DNA from: Patescibacteria group bacterium
GTDB taxonomy: Bacteria; Patescibacteriota; Minisyncoccia; Minisyncoccales; Staskawiczbacteraceae
Length of the DNA stretch: 64,000 nucleotides
NCBI GenBank assembly: GCA_038065715.1
Contig: JBBTQL010000004.1
Span: forward strand, 35,693 to 99,692
Direction of reading: 5' to 3'
Below the pieces are notes generated by a model. The model saw nothing but the letters and a program-made list of their open reading frames with translations. It was not told the origin of the DNA and made no database searches. This document shows, piece after piece, positions 54,608 to 64,000 of this stretch. Position 1 is the stretch's first letter. Each line of letters starts with the position of its first letter. Position numbers and translations under genes: made by a program.

Positions 54608-55635
54608 GCCAAAGCCAAACATTGGACATTTCTTGGGAAGCTATAATAAAAATATTTATAGCAATTTTTGTTTTATATATGATTTATTTGGCGCGGAATA
54701 TCGTCCTTTGGTTTTTCTTTGGGCTGGCAATATCTGTTTTATTGGATCCTGCAATTAATTTTTTAAGAAAGCTATGGATACCTAAAATGCTGGCAATAGT
54801 TGTGATTTATTTTTCTATTTTTGGATTATTAGGAATTTTAATTTATTTAATGGCGCCTCTTTTTATAAGCGAGTTAAAGCAATTTTCCAGTTATTTGCCT
54901 GATTATTTTAATCAAATAAATCCGGTTTTGCAAAAATTCGGGATAGATGCCGCCCAAAGCTTTAACGAATTTATCGGTTCGCTGGTAGGCGGGTTAGAGC
55001 AAAGTTCAAGGGGAGTGATGGACGCATTATTCACATTCTTTGGAGGGTTATCTTCAACTGTTATTATTTTAACAATAGCCTTTTTTCTATCGCTGGAAGA
55101 CAGGGGCCCAGAAAAGTTTTTGGCGCTGGTTTCGCCTAAAAAATACCAGGATAAAATTGTTTTATTTTTTGAAAAAGCCCAGACTAAGGTTGCAGGATGG
55201 TTTGGCGCAAGGATAATTGCCTGTCTTTTTGTGGGAGCAGCATCTTTTATAGTATTTTATATTTTTAACATAAAATACGCCTTTTTATTGGCATTAATTG
55301 CCGGTATTTTTAATTTTGTTCCATATATAGGACCGTTAATAACCGCTATTTTGCTGATTGTATTTGTTTTTGTTTCTGCCGGATCTTGGCTTATTACAAT
55401 GTATATTTTGCTGGCTATTTGGGTTGTTCAGATAATAGAAAATAATATTTTAACTCCTTTTTTAATGAAAAAAATGATAGACATTCCGCCAGTTTTAGTT
55501 TTAATATCTTTGCTGTTTGGAGCCAAAGTTTTTGGTTTTTTGGGGACTATATTTGTAGTGCCAGTTTTTGGAATTATATATGAATTTACAAAAGAGATGC
55601 TGGAAAAGAGAAAAGAAGAAACGTTTTCTGATTAA
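54604..55635 (+). CDS. AI-2E family transporter (PerM/YhhT-like permease)
   Basis: 343 aa, eight TM helices, family-typical topology. Confidence 0.7.
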   Translation: MSQSQTLDISWEAIIKIFIAIFVLYMIYLARNIVLWFFFGLAISVLLDPAINFLRKLWIPKMLAIVVIYFSIFGLLGILIYLMAPLFISELKQFSSYLPDYFNQINPVLQKFGIDAAQSFNEFIGSLVGGLEQSSRGVMDALFTFFGGLSSTVIILTIAFFLSLEDRGPEKFLALVSPKKYQDKIVLFFEKAQTKVAGWFGARIIACLFVGAASFIVFYIFNIKYAFLLALIAGIFNFVPYIGPLITAILLIVFVFVSAGSWLITMYILLAIWVVQIIENNILTPFLMKKMIDIPPVLVLISLLFGAKVFGFLGTIFVVPVFGIIYEFTKEMLEKRKEETFSD

Positions 55636-56078
55636 AATTTTAATAAAATAACAGAAATAATAATTATTATAATCTGGCTTGAAATTCTCCATAAGTTGGA
55701 GATTTTTTTGTGTTTTAGAAAATGGTTTTTTTCGTGAAAATTACTATGAATTTGCAATAATCTGTTTCTAAAAATCATATTTAAAATATTAAGTATGTCG
55801 GGCAGGACGGCAAAAAAAGCCACTATAAAAATTATTGGCTGGCTGTTTGAAAATATTAAAATAAGAAGTATTCCAAGAGAAAAATCCAGGAATACTCTTA
55901 AAAAATCCGGGAAAGCTTTAAGCCATTGCCTATTTTTAATATTTTCAATAGGATATTCAATATGGGGAATAGCATCTAAAATATAATGGCTTAAAAAGCT
56001 TAAAGTTATTGATAGTGGAATATATTTTATTTTAGAAGCAATAACAGCCCCTAAAAGCAGGTGCGCAATTAAAATCAT
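55632..56078 (-). CDS. membrane protein, hypothetical (boundaries uncertain)
   Basis: 148 aa hydrophobic ORF; 3' part reads through AT-rich region containing a hairpin, so C-terminus doubtful. Confidence 0.3.
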   Translation of the reverse strand: MILIAHLLLGAVIASKIKYIPLSITLSFLSHYILDAIPHIEYPIENIKNRQWLKAFPDFLRVFLDFSLGILLILIFSNSQPIIFIVAFFAVLPDILNILNMIFRNRLLQIHSNFHEKNHFLKHKKISNLWRISSQIIIIIISVILLKF

Positions 56079-56135
56079 ATGAAATTTAATAAAAAAATGA
56101 TAAAATCAACTTAAACCAATTAGACCTATTATACT

Positions 56136-57569
56136 ATGTTTGGCAAAAAGAAAAAGTTTTATATAACGACAACTTTGCCCTATGTTAATGCCGACCCGCA
56201 TCTCGGCCATATTTTAGAATTTGCGCAAGCAGATGTGGCTGCGCGATATCATAAGTTATTAGGCTATGATGTATTTTTTAATACAGGCGTTGACGAGCAC
56301 GGATTAAAAATTTATCAAAAAGCGCAGGAAAGAAAATTAGATCCGCAGGAATATTGCGATATTTATGCTAAAAAATTTGATAATTTAAAAAGCGCGTTTA
56401 ATCTAAGCTATAATAGTTTTATTAGAACCACAGACGAACATCACATTAAAGCCGCGCAAGAATTTTGGCGACGATGCCAAAAGAACGGGGATATTTATAA
56501 AAAAATATATAAAATAAAATATTGCATCGGCTGCGAATTAGGAAAAACTGAATCAGAAATAGTTGGCGGCAAATGCCCCATACACCCAAATTTAGAAATA
56601 GAAATTATTGAAGAAGAAAATTATTTTTTTAAGTATTCAAAATATCAAAAATCACTTTTAAATTTTTATAAAAAAAATGCAGATTTTGTTGTTCCAGAAT
56701 CAAGATTTAACGAAATAAAAGAATTTACTAAAAGAGGTTTGGAAGATTTTAGCATATCCAGACTAAAAGAAAAAATGCCATGGGGCGTTCCAGTTCCCGA
56801 TGATAACAATCATATTATGTATGTTTGGTTTGATGCCCTTGTAAATTATATTTCTGCTTTAGGCTGGCCTGAAAATTCAAAACAATTTAAAGATTTCTGG
56901 CCAGGACTCCAAATAGCAGGAAAAGACAATCTTCGCCAGCAGTCTTCAATGTGGCAAGCTATGCTTATGTCTGCTGGACTGCCAAATTCAAAACAGATTT
57001 TTATTCATGGATTCATTACGGTAAATGGGCAAAAAATGTCAAAGAGCTTGGGAAATGTAATTGACCCGTTTGAGTTAGTAAAAAAATATGGAACAGATGC
57101 CGCGCGTTATTATTTATTGAGAGAGATTTCTCCAACAGAAGACGGCGATTTTACTTATGAAAAATTTGAGCGAAGATATAATTCAGATTTAGCTGGAGGA
57201 ATAGGAAATTTAGTTGCAAGAACAATGGCTCTGTTTTTAAAACTGAATATAAAGACAAAAAAACCAAGCTTGTTTATAAAAAAGGCAGTAGAAAAGGCCA
57301 ATAAAGATTGTTTTGGCTTTTTAGAAAATTACAAATTCAGCGATTCATTAAAATCAATTTGGGAGCTTATTTCTTTTTGCGACAAATATATAAATAATGA
57401 AAAGCCGTGGGAAAACAATGGCAGTTCTTTGCAAGTTATTTCAGATGTAATTTTTGCTTTGGAAAATATTGTAGAATTATTGAGTCCATTTTTGCCAGAA
57501 ACATCAGAGAAGATTAAAAAAATAATTAAAGCCGGAAAAAATTCAGAAATTCTATTTCTAAGGATTTAA
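56136..57569 (+). CDS. metG: methionine--tRNA ligase
   Basis: HIGH motif PYVNADPHLGH; KMSKS as KMSKSLGN; zinc knuckle CIGC...CPIH. Confidence 0.9.
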   Translation: MFGKKKKFYITTTLPYVNADPHLGHILEFAQADVAARYHKLLGYDVFFNTGVDEHGLKIYQKAQERKLDPQEYCDIYAKKFDNLKSAFNLSYNSFIRTTDEHHIKAAQEFWRRCQKNGDIYKKIYKIKYCIGCELGKTESEIVGGKCPIHPNLEIEIIEEENYFFKYSKYQKSLLNFYKKNADFVVPESRFNEIKEFTKRGLEDFSISRLKEKMPWGVPVPDDNNHIMYVWFDALVNYISALGWPENSKQFKDFWPGLQIAGKDNLRQQSSMWQAMLMSAGLPNSKQIFIHGFITVNGQKMSKSLGNVIDPFELVKKYGTDAARYYLLREISPTEDGDFTYEKFERRYNSDLAGGIGNLVARTMALFLKLNIKTKKPSLFIKKAVEKANKDCFGFLENYKFSDSLKSIWELISFCDKYINNEKPWENNGSSLQVISDVIFALENIVELLSPFLPETSEKIKKIIKAGKNSEILFLRI

Positions 57570-57600
57570 AGGTGTTTTTTAGTTGTACTTGTTGACGCTA

Positions 57601-57629
57601 TTGACTTTATTTTAGCATTATGATATCAT
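57601..57629 (+). promoter_or_regulatory. sigma70-like promoter (TTGACT-17-TATCAT) with leader hairpin
   Basis: Good hexamers, 17-bp spacer; 5' UTR hairpin AACTCTTT...AAAGAGTT; RBS AAAGGAGAG before csrA. Confidence 0.45.
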
Positions 57630-57698
57630 AAAAGTAACTCTTTATTTCAGTCAAGATGACCGAAAAGAGTTAGACCCCCCCAGAAAGGAGAGTGCAAG

Positions 57699-57953
57699 AT
57701 GCTGGTTTTGTCCCGCAAGAAGAACGAGAGCATTGTCATCAACGACGATATCACGATTGTCGTGATAGAAATCCGCGGCGACAAGGTTCGCCTCGGCATT
57801 GATGCGCCAAAAGAGGTGCCTGTCCACCGGCGCGAAGTGTTTGACGCGATACGTCGCGATGATGCTTCAGCAGCTAGTACGGGGATTAAAACCTCCGAGA
57901 CCCCCGATAATCTGGAGGATCCCGCCGAGGAAAGCCCTCAAGACCCAGGTTAA
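57699..57953 (+). CDS. csrA: carbon storage regulator CsrA (GC-atypical, extended acidic tail)
   Basis: MLVLSRKKNESIVINDDITIVVIEIRGDKVRLGIDAPKEVPVHRREVF matches CsrA; ~55% GC; 30-aa Pro/Asp/Glu tail. Confidence 0.8.
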   Translation: MLVLSRKKNESIVINDDITIVVIEIRGDKVRLGIDAPKEVPVHRREVFDAIRRDDASAASTGIKTSETPDNLEDPAEESPQDPG

Positions 57954-57990
57954 TTCTTGGGAACACAGCACAAGGCGCGAAAGCGCATAA

Positions 57991-58018
57991 CGGATAACCG
58001 CTGGTTATCCGTTTTTTT
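57991..58018 (+). terminator. rho-independent terminator
   Basis: CGGATAACC-GCT-GGTTATCCG then TTTTTTT. Confidence 0.6.
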
Positions 58019-58036
58019 ATTTGTTATTATAAAAAC

Positions 58037-58945
58037 ATGATTATTGATACACATTCTCATTTAAGTTTTAAGGCATATGATAGCGATAGAGATGAGGTTA
58101 TAAAACGCACTCAAAAAGAGGGTGTTGTTTGTATTGATGTTGGCACAAAATATGAAACAAGCAAAAGGGCAGTTGAATTAGCAGAAAAATATGAAAATAT
58201 ATATGCAGCCGTTGGAATGCATCCAATTCATATAAAAACAGATTTATTAAAATTAAAATTAGACAAAGAAGAGGGCGCATTTGCTCCGCTTGGCGAAGAG
58301 TTTGATAAAGCGAAATACAGAGAACTTGTTATAAATAGTGAAAAAAAAGCCGAAGGTCCTAACTCGAGAAGGACCGAAGGCTCTGAGGAGCTAAAGCGAC
58401 GAAGAGTGGTAGCGGTTGGTGAAATTGGATTAGACTATTATTATAAGCCAAAAGGAACAGCTAAAAAAGAACAATTTAAAGAAAAACAAAAACAAGTTTT
58501 TTTACAGCAATTAGAATTGGCAGAAGAATTAAATTTACCGGTAATTGTTCATTGCAGAATGGCGCATCAGGATGTTATAGAAATTTTGAAAAATAAAAAT
58601 GTTGAAGGAGTTATTCATTGTTTCACAGGAAATTGGGAAGAAGCGCAAAAATATATAGATTTAGGATTTTATATTGGCTTAAACGGAATTATTTTTTCTG
58701 CCCTAGGCAGACCCGCCTCGGGCGGGAAATTACCGCTAGATGATGTTGTTACGCAGTGTCCCCTAGATAAAATTTTAACAGAAACAGATTGCCCATATTT
58801 AACACCCTTGCAGGAAAACGGAAAAAGAAACGAACCGATTTTTGTAAAACACGTTATTCAAAAAATCGCTGACTTAAAAAGTGTTAGTTTCGCCGAAGTT
58901 GCCGACAAAACTACCCAAAACGCCAAAAAATTATTTAATATTTAA
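58037..58945 (+). CDS. tatD: TatD family deoxyribonuclease/hydrolase
   Basis: MIIDTHSHLSF; metal-binding His/Glu/Asp pattern; in-frame GC hairpin insert ~58348-58400. Confidence 0.85.
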   Translation: MIIDTHSHLSFKAYDSDRDEVIKRTQKEGVVCIDVGTKYETSKRAVELAEKYENIYAAVGMHPIHIKTDLLKLKLDKEEGAFAPLGEEFDKAKYRELVINSEKKAEGPNSRRTEGSEELKRRRVVAVGEIGLDYYYKPKGTAKKEQFKEKQKQVFLQQLELAEELNLPVIVHCRMAHQDVIEILKNKNVEGVIHCFTGNWEEAQKYIDLGFYIGLNGIIFSALGRPASGGKLPLDDVVTQCPLDKILTETDCPYLTPLQENGKRNEPIFVKHVIQKIADLKSVSFAEVADKTTQNAKKLFNI

Positions 58946-58956
58946 AACAAAAAAAG

Positions 58957-58989
58957 ACCGCCCTTAGACTTTGCTCAAGGCGGTTTTTG
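58957..58989. terminator. bidirectional terminator
   Basis: ACCGCC...GGCGGT stem then TTTTT; between convergent tatD and 58999 gene. Confidence 0.5.
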
Positions 58990-58998
58990 ATTCGGAGA

Positions 58999-59337
58999 TC
59001 AACGGTCCACAATGCGCGTAACACACCATTCTTTCAAAACATCTTCTGACACACTATAAACAATGGTGTATACCGTTTTTCCGTGTTCATCTTTTGATGT
59101 TAGCACGGCCATGTTTTTTTTGAAGTCGGCGAAGTATAAGTTGTATGTTACACCTGCTTTGATCATCTCGCCTTCGGAAACAGGATTTTGAGATTTGACC
59201 ATTTCCATGATTGTCAAAGAAAGTTGGTCAATTTGACGCTGTTGGTCAATAAATTGTCCCATAAGAGTGACATAAACAATCGTCACAGTTACAAGAAAAA
59301 CACCAAAATGTGTTGGGGCAGTAAGAATTCTTTTCAT
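58999..59337 (-). CDS. membrane-anchored hypothetical protein
   Basis: 112 aa; N-terminal TM; GGAGG RBS on minus strand; moderately elevated GC. Confidence 0.45.
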   Translation of the reverse strand: MKRILTAPTHFGVFLVTVTIVYVTLMGQFIDQQRQIDQLSLTIMEMVKSQNPVSEGEMIKAGVTYNLYFADFKKNMAVLTSKDEHGKTVYTIVYSVSEDVLKEWCVTRIVDR

Positions 59338-59467
59338 TTCACACCTCCGATGGTTGAAAACCTTGTTTAAAGAGGCGAAATGCCTCTTTGTTTGTGCTGG
59401 TTGAAGATTATCATATTATTATATTAATGTCAAGATTTACCAGATCAAATAATTCTGTTATTATTAT

Positions 59468-62014
59468 ATGAATATGGCAAAATATAATCCTCAAAAAATT
59501 GAGAAGAAATGGCAAGAGGCTTGGTATAAATCAAGCATTTTTAAAGCTAAAAACGGGTCTAAAAATAAGAAATTTTACCTTTTAGTGGAGTTTCCTTATC
59601 CTTCGGGAGACGGGCTTCATGTCGGCCATTGCCGAAGCTATACTGCCTTAGATATTATTGCCAGAAAAAAAAGAATGCAGGGATTTAATGTTTTATTCCC
59701 AATGGGCTGGGACGCTTTTGGATTGCCAACTGAAAATTATGCCATAAAAAAGGGAGTACACCCGTCTGTTGTGACAAAAAAGAATACAGATAACTTTAGG
59801 CGGCAGATGAAAAGTTTGGGGCTTTCTTTTGACTGGAGCCGAGAAATAAATACCACAGACCCAAAATATTATAAATGGACGCAGTGGATTTTTTTGCAGT
59901 TATTTAAAAATAACTTGGCTTATAAAGATAAAATTGCAATCAACTGGTGCCCTAAAGATAAAATTGGATTGGCAAATGAAGAAGTGATAAATGGCAAATG
60001 CGAAAGATGCGGCGCAAAAGTTGAAAAAAGAGATAAAGAGCAATGGATGATAAAAATTACAAAATATGCCGACAGATTAATTGAAGATTTAAATTTAGTT
60101 GATTATTTAGAAAAAATAAAAATACAGCAGAAAGATTGGATAGGCGAGTCACATGGAGCGTTGATAAAATTTTCGTTAGAAGGAAGCGAAGAATTCATAG
60201 AAGTTTTTACAACCAGAATAGACACAATATTTTCTGGCACGTTTTTAATTTTATCTCCAGGACACAATTTTATAGATAAATATAAAAATAAAATTGAAAA
60301 CATTGATGAAGTTTTAAAATATAGAGAAACCGCAAAAAATACTTCTGATATAGATAGAACTAATCAAGATAAAGATATTACAGGAGTGGAATTAAAAGGA
60401 ATTACAGTAAAAAATCCTGCCACAAATGAAGAAATGCCAGTTTGGACAGCTGATTTTGTTTTAGAGCAATACGGAACAGGAGTCGTTTTTGCTGATGCCC
60501 ATGATAAAAGAGATTTTAAAATGGCAAAAAAATATGGGATACCTTTGCGAACTTCAATAAAACCAGAAAATGAACTATCGGCGCAAAAAGCAAAAAATTT
60601 GGAAGAATGTTTTGAGGGCGAAGGCGCTCTTTATAATTCTATGCATTTTGACGGCTTAACTTCTTCTGAAGCCCGACCTAAAATAATTTCTTGGTTAAGG
60701 GAAAAAGGATATGCGGAAAACAAAATAAGCTATAAGCTTCGAGATTGGGTTTTTTCGCGCCAGCATTATTGGGGCGAGCCAATACCAATGATTTTTTGCG
60801 TAAAATGCGGTTGGCAGGCTGTTTTAGAAAAAAATCTGCCCGTTGAATTGCCTAAGGTAAAAAAATATCAGCCAACAGATACAGGCGAATCTCCTCTTTC
60901 TGCTATTGAAAAATGGGTAAATGTAAAATGTCCAAAATGCAAAGGACCGGCAAAAAGAGAAACAGACACAATGCCTAATTGGGCAGGTTCAAACTGGTAT
61001 TACTTGGCATATACTATGCCAAAAATTTCAAATTTCAAATTTCAAATTTCAAATTCTGCGAAAGAATTTTCGCAGTGGATGCCAGTTGACTGGTATAATG
61101 GCGGAATGGAGCACACAACTTTGCATTTATTGTATTCAAGATTTATTTTTAAATTTTTATGGGATATTGGAGCTGTTCCAAAAATAATTGGGGCAGAACC
61201 ATATAAAAAAAGAACTTCGCATGGAATGATTTTAGGCGAAGGGGGAATTAAAATGTCAAAGTCAAAGGGAAATGTAATAAATCCAGATTCAGTTGTGAAA
61301 CAATATGGAGCCGACACCTTAAGAGTTTACGAAATGTTTATCGGGCCTTTTGAGCAAATGATTCCTTGGGATATAAAGGGGGTTGTTGGTTCGCGCAGGT
61401 TTTTAGAAAAAATTTACAACTTAGTTTTGAAGAAGGCAATTCCGGCAAAAATCCCGACGGTCTCGCCGTCGAGGACCCGCGACGAAGTCGGGGCAGAAGA
61501 AAATTTTAAAAAACTTTTGCATAAAACAATAAAAAAGGTTGGTGACGATATTGAGGCAATGAAATTTAACACAGCAGTGAGCTCTTTAATGGAATTTGTA
61601 AATGCATGGAGCATTGCTGAAAATAGTTTAGATAAACCAGCCTCCGATAAAGGCTACGGCTTGGCGAAGAAAGATTTGCAAGAATTTTTAAAGATTTTGT
61701 CGCCTTTTGCCCCGCATTTGTCAGAAGAGCTTTGGCAAAGAGCTGGATTTAAAGGTTTGTGCTGCGCTCAAAAATGGCCTAAGTATGACGAAAAATTAAT
61801 TGAAGAAAAAAACATATTGCTTATTGTGCAAATTAACGGTAAAGTTAGAGATAAAATAGAAGTTAACGCAGGCATTACTCAAAAACAAGCTGAAGAAATA
61901 GTTTTAAAATTAGAAAAAATTAAAAACCGTATAACTAATATTAAAGAAGTGGAAAAAGTTGTTTTTGTGCCAGGTAAGTTAATAAATTTTGTGACTATTG
62001 ACAAGGATAAGTAA
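59468..62014 (+). CDS. leuS: leucine--tRNA ligase
   Basis: HVGHCRSY (HIGH), KMSKSKGN; 848 aa; in-frame (AAATTTC)4 array 61023-61057 and GC hairpin insert 61453-61494. Confidence 0.9.
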   Translation: MNMAKYNPQKIEKKWQEAWYKSSIFKAKNGSKNKKFYLLVEFPYPSGDGLHVGHCRSYTALDIIARKKRMQGFNVLFPMGWDAFGLPTENYAIKKGVHPSVVTKKNTDNFRRQMKSLGLSFDWSREINTTDPKYYKWTQWIFLQLFKNNLAYKDKIAINWCPKDKIGLANEEVINGKCERCGAKVEKRDKEQWMIKITKYADRLIEDLNLVDYLEKIKIQQKDWIGESHGALIKFSLEGSEEFIEVFTTRIDTIFSGTFLILSPGHNFIDKYKNKIENIDEVLKYRETAKNTSDIDRTNQDKDITGVELKGITVKNPATNEEMPVWTADFVLEQYGTGVVFADAHDKRDFKMAKKYGIPLRTSIKPENELSAQKAKNLEECFEGEGALYNSMHFDGLTSSEARPKIISWLREKGYAENKISYKLRDWVFSRQHYWGEPIPMIFCVKCGWQAVLEKNLPVELPKVKKYQPTDTGESPLSAIEKWVNVKCPKCKGPAKRETDTMPNWAGSNWYYLAYTMPKISNFKFQISNSAKEFSQWMPVDWYNGGMEHTTLHLLYSRFIFKFLWDIGAVPKIIGAEPYKKRTSHGMILGEGGIKMSKSKGNVINPDSVVKQYGADTLRVYEMFIGPFEQMIPWDIKGVVGSRRFLEKIYNLVLKKAIPAKIPTVSPSRTRDEVGAEENFKKLLHKTIKKVGDDIEAMKFNTAVSSLMEFVNAWSIAENSLDKPASDKGYGLAKKDLQEFLKILSPFAPHLSEELWQRAGFKGLCCAQKWPKYDEKLIEEKNILLIVQINGKVRDKIEVNAGITQKQAEEIVLKLEKIKNRITNIKEVEKVVFVPGKLINFVTIDKDK

Positions 62015-62201
62015 ATATGCTATGATTAATAATACAGCTCTTTTTAAGTGAAAATACTTGCAAAAACAGCGGTTATAGCCAAAAGCGACCGAAGGTCGTC
62101 CTGAGCAGAGCCGAAGGACAACAAATCGGTATTTTCTGGCTATGACTGCTATGGTAGTAGTCAAGCGAAATGGTGAAACCCTAAAGAAAGGAAAAAGCAC
62201 C

Positions 62202-62822
62202 ATGTCGTACGACAAGCAGACAGCCGAGTTCATCGCCACTGTGGTGCAGAACATCCCCAAAATGTCAGGCGATGTTATGCAGGGTTGGATTGGGAATCCA
62301 AAAGCGCTACAGAAGCTCCTCTTGGGTCTATGCCCTTCTGTCAATGAGCCCAAGGAAGTCTCGTTGCTCCGCAAGCTCGCCAGCGTTCAGGTGGAGGGCG
62401 TTGCAAGATTCGTCGTTGACGACGATACCCTGCAGGCGGCCAACATCGGCTGGACTGGCGACAACTTCAAAAAGTTTTTCGCCAAGAAGGTTGAGGAGGA
62501 TGTTCCCGCCTGCGCTATCGCTGTTCACCGGCTGGAACGCGCGTCTTCGGATGCGCCCATTCTCACCGAACTCGGTGACCGCGCCGAAATCAGCCTCGCG
62601 CACCTGTTCGAGCTGATCAAAAAGCAGTCCAAGGGCGAAACTGGCCAGTTGTTGGTTAATGGTTATGCGAATGTCGCATATGTCCGTGGAACCGATGGCA
62701 ACCTCTGGGCTGTGCTTGCGGCCTGGCGCTCTTACTGCGGTTGCTGGGGTGTCGAGGCTGACTCGGTTGAGGATCCGGACGGGTGGCGCGGTAGCCGCCG
62801 GATTCTCTCCCGCGATTCTTGA
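62202..62822 (+). CDS. DGR target protein 2 (variable C-terminus)
   Basis: ~206 aa from ATG 62202 after AAAGGAAAAAG RBS (the 62142 start lies in conserved leader); ~58% GC; C-terminal ...LWAVLAAWRSYCGCWGVEADSVEDPDGWRGSRRILSRDS in VR. Confidence 0.7.
   Translation: MSYDKQTAEFIATVVQNIPKMSGDVMQGWIGNPKALQKLLLGLCPSVNEPKEVSLLRKLASVQVEGVARFVVDDDTLQAANIGWTGDNFKKFFAKKVEEDVPACAIAVHRLERASSDAPILTELGDRAEISLAHLFELIKKQSKGETGQLLVNGYANVAYVRGTDGNLWAVLAAWRSYCGCWGVEADSVEDPDGWRGSRRILSRDS
62704..62813 (+). other. DGR variable region VR2
   Basis: 110 nt aligning with TR2; 21 mismatches, all at TR adenines. Confidence 0.8.
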
Positions 62823-63164
62823 AACTTAATCCTTTTGGGATTTTGGATCTTGAATCCTTTGAATCTATGGCTCTCTGAAACTTTGAAAAAAGTAGTAAGA
62901 GAGCCTTTTTGTTTTGTGAAAAAGTAATGTAGAATAAATCTAAGGAATGCTAAGTATGAAGGCTACGGCTTTCATAAAGCGCTCCGAAAATGTATATTGC
63001 AGAATTATTGCGGATACGTCTTCAATAAGAGTTGATATACATATTTCAAAAAAAGAAAAGAATCGGTGTGGCGTGCTGGCGGACTTTGAGGTCCCAAATA
63101 AGATACAGCCCCTAGAGTATTCAAAGGGCAGTGGCATTGATGGCGCGTTGCATATTAATTAGGG

Positions 63165-63274
63165 TCTGGGCTGTGAATGCGAACTGGAACTCTAACTACG
63201 GTTACTGGAATGTCGAGGCTAACTCGGTTGAGAATCCGAACAGGTGGAACGATAGCAACCAGATTCTCTCCCGC
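63165..63274 (+). other. DGR template repeat TR2 (non-coding)
   Basis: A-rich near-copy of VR2; upstream CAAAGGGCAGTGGCATTGATGG element conserved with DGR-1. Confidence 0.8.
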
Positions 63275-63642
63275 TACTGTTTTCTTTCTTCCGCTTTTAT
63301 CGCGGAAGTTTTGCTTATTATTCCTTTTTTCCAGCCACCGATTATCTTACCAATGCCTTCTATCTCAGCGCCAAGCGAGATATATTGTTTATTAGAAACG
63401 AGTTTTGTTTCCCATAAAAGCTGAAAGAAAAAACGCAACGAATCAATTTTGTCCGATGTCGCTTCAAGCAAAACAAGTTTTTTATTTATTGGCGTATACG
63501 TAGCTTTTCTTAATAACTCAAGAAGATCTAAAAATAAAATATCTACTTTAGTCCCGATTCCGAACCGCGCGATTCGTTCAATATTGCGATGCACTTCCAT
63601 CCACTGTTTATATATCAATTTGGATTTTTGCAAAACTGGCAA
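63274..63642 (-). CDS. Avd-like accessory variability determinant
   Basis: 122 aa; TTG start; paralog of 25340-25699; ...EIEGIGKIIGGW motif. Confidence 0.6.
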   Translation of the reverse strand: MPVLQKSKLIYKQWMEVHRNIERIARFGIGTKVDILFLDLLELLRKATYTPINKKLVLLEATSDKIDSLRFFFQLLWETKLVSNKQYISLGAEIEGIGKIIGGWKKGIISKTSAIKAEERKQ

Positions 63643-63685
63643 CAGTCTGGGGGGGATTAGAAGAATAACTATTTATATTTTGATT

Positions 63686-64000
63686 ATGAAAATTGTTTTG
63701 AAACATAAATATGAATATTTAATTAGCGTTAATAATTTATTGGAAGCGTGGACAGAATTTATCAAGGGGAAGCGCAACAAAAGCGATGTTCAGATTTTTT
63801 CATTTCATTTAATGGATAATATTTTACAACTTCATTGTGATTTAAAAAATGGCACATATAAGCATGGAGGCTATCAACAATTTAAAATCAACGACCCAAA
63901 ACCAAGGATAATTCACAAAGCCAGCGTAAAAGACAGATTATTGCACCACGCAGTATATCGTATATTATACCCGTTTTTTGATAAAAAGTTCATTGCAGAC
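63686..64000 (+). CDS. DGR reverse transcriptase, N-terminal part (3' end beyond window)
   Basis: MKIVLKHKYEYLISVNNLLEAW...KINDPKPRIIHKASVKDRLLHHAVYRILYPFFDKKFIAD nearly identical to RT at 25740. Confidence 0.8.
   Translation, partial: MKIVLKHKYEYLISVNNLLEAWTEFIKGKRNKSDVQIFSFHLMDNILQLHCDLKNGTYKHGGYQQFKINDPKPRIIHKASVKDRLLHHAVYRILYPFFDKKFIAD

Larger units (their letters stand above)
62030..64000 (+). mobile_element. diversity-generating retroelement cassette DGR-2 (leader, target+VR, TR, avd, RT; RT truncated by window end)
   Basis: Paralog of DGR-1 with same order and orientation of parts; VR/TR mismatches exclusively at TR adenines. Confidence 0.8.

Noticed and set aside
62142-62201. Upstream ATG (62142) as start of DGR-2 target
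   Set aside because: Lies inside the leader conserved with DGR-1, where it is not in frame with the target; RBS-proximal ATG at 62202 preferred.

Overview
This is an AT-rich (~33% GC) bacterial window, densely packed with short, mostly co-directional housekeeping genes. The gene content and style suggest a reduced-genome Candidate Phyla Radiation / Patescibacteria-like organism, but that is an inference from composition and gene content only. Recognisable genes include the dnaN 3' end, a class A PBP, ruvC, yebC, ruvB, a PilB/GspE ATPase, tsaE, a 5'-3' exonuclease, fpg, holA, rpsT, a B12-binding radical SAM protein, uvrB, ruvA, a Mur ligase, Nif3, a PHP protein, greA, PolX, a Nudix hydrolase, rplT-rpmI-infC, smpB, argS, ileS, recO, glyQS, an M16 peptidase, metG, csrA, tatD and leuS. 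A tmRNA (ssrA) directly follows smpB and is not in the ORF track.

The main finding is two paralogous diversity-generating retroelement (DGR) cassettes: 24041-26726, and 62030 to the window edge. Each has a strongly GC-rich target gene whose 3' variable region differs from a downstream template repeat almost only at template adenines (22 of 23 and 21 of 21 mismatches). Each also has an antisense Avd-like gene, a reverse transcriptase carrying the DGR-type LGNLTSQ and YADD motifs, a conserved structured leader, and a poly-G tract of differing length (10 versus 7) between the divergent avd and RT starts.

The second unusual layer is a set of GC-rich hairpin miniature repeats, often with UUCG-type loops and CCTTCG/CGAAGG cores. 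They occur both as intergenic terminators and as in-frame insertions inside conserved essential genes. AAATTTC heptamer arrays are likewise inserted in frame in uvrB, leuS, the Mur ligase and argS. An IS200/RAYT-like HuH tyrosine transposase sits flanked by REP-like hairpins, with a third copy inside its own ORF. Further items are several candidate structured RNAs / small ORFs (6170-6521, 9351-9578, 28025-28199), two paralogous RelE/ParE toxin-antitoxin pairs, and GC-atypical genes (csrA, a membrane protein at 18440-18904). No CRISPR array, rRNA or canonical tRNA gene was seen.
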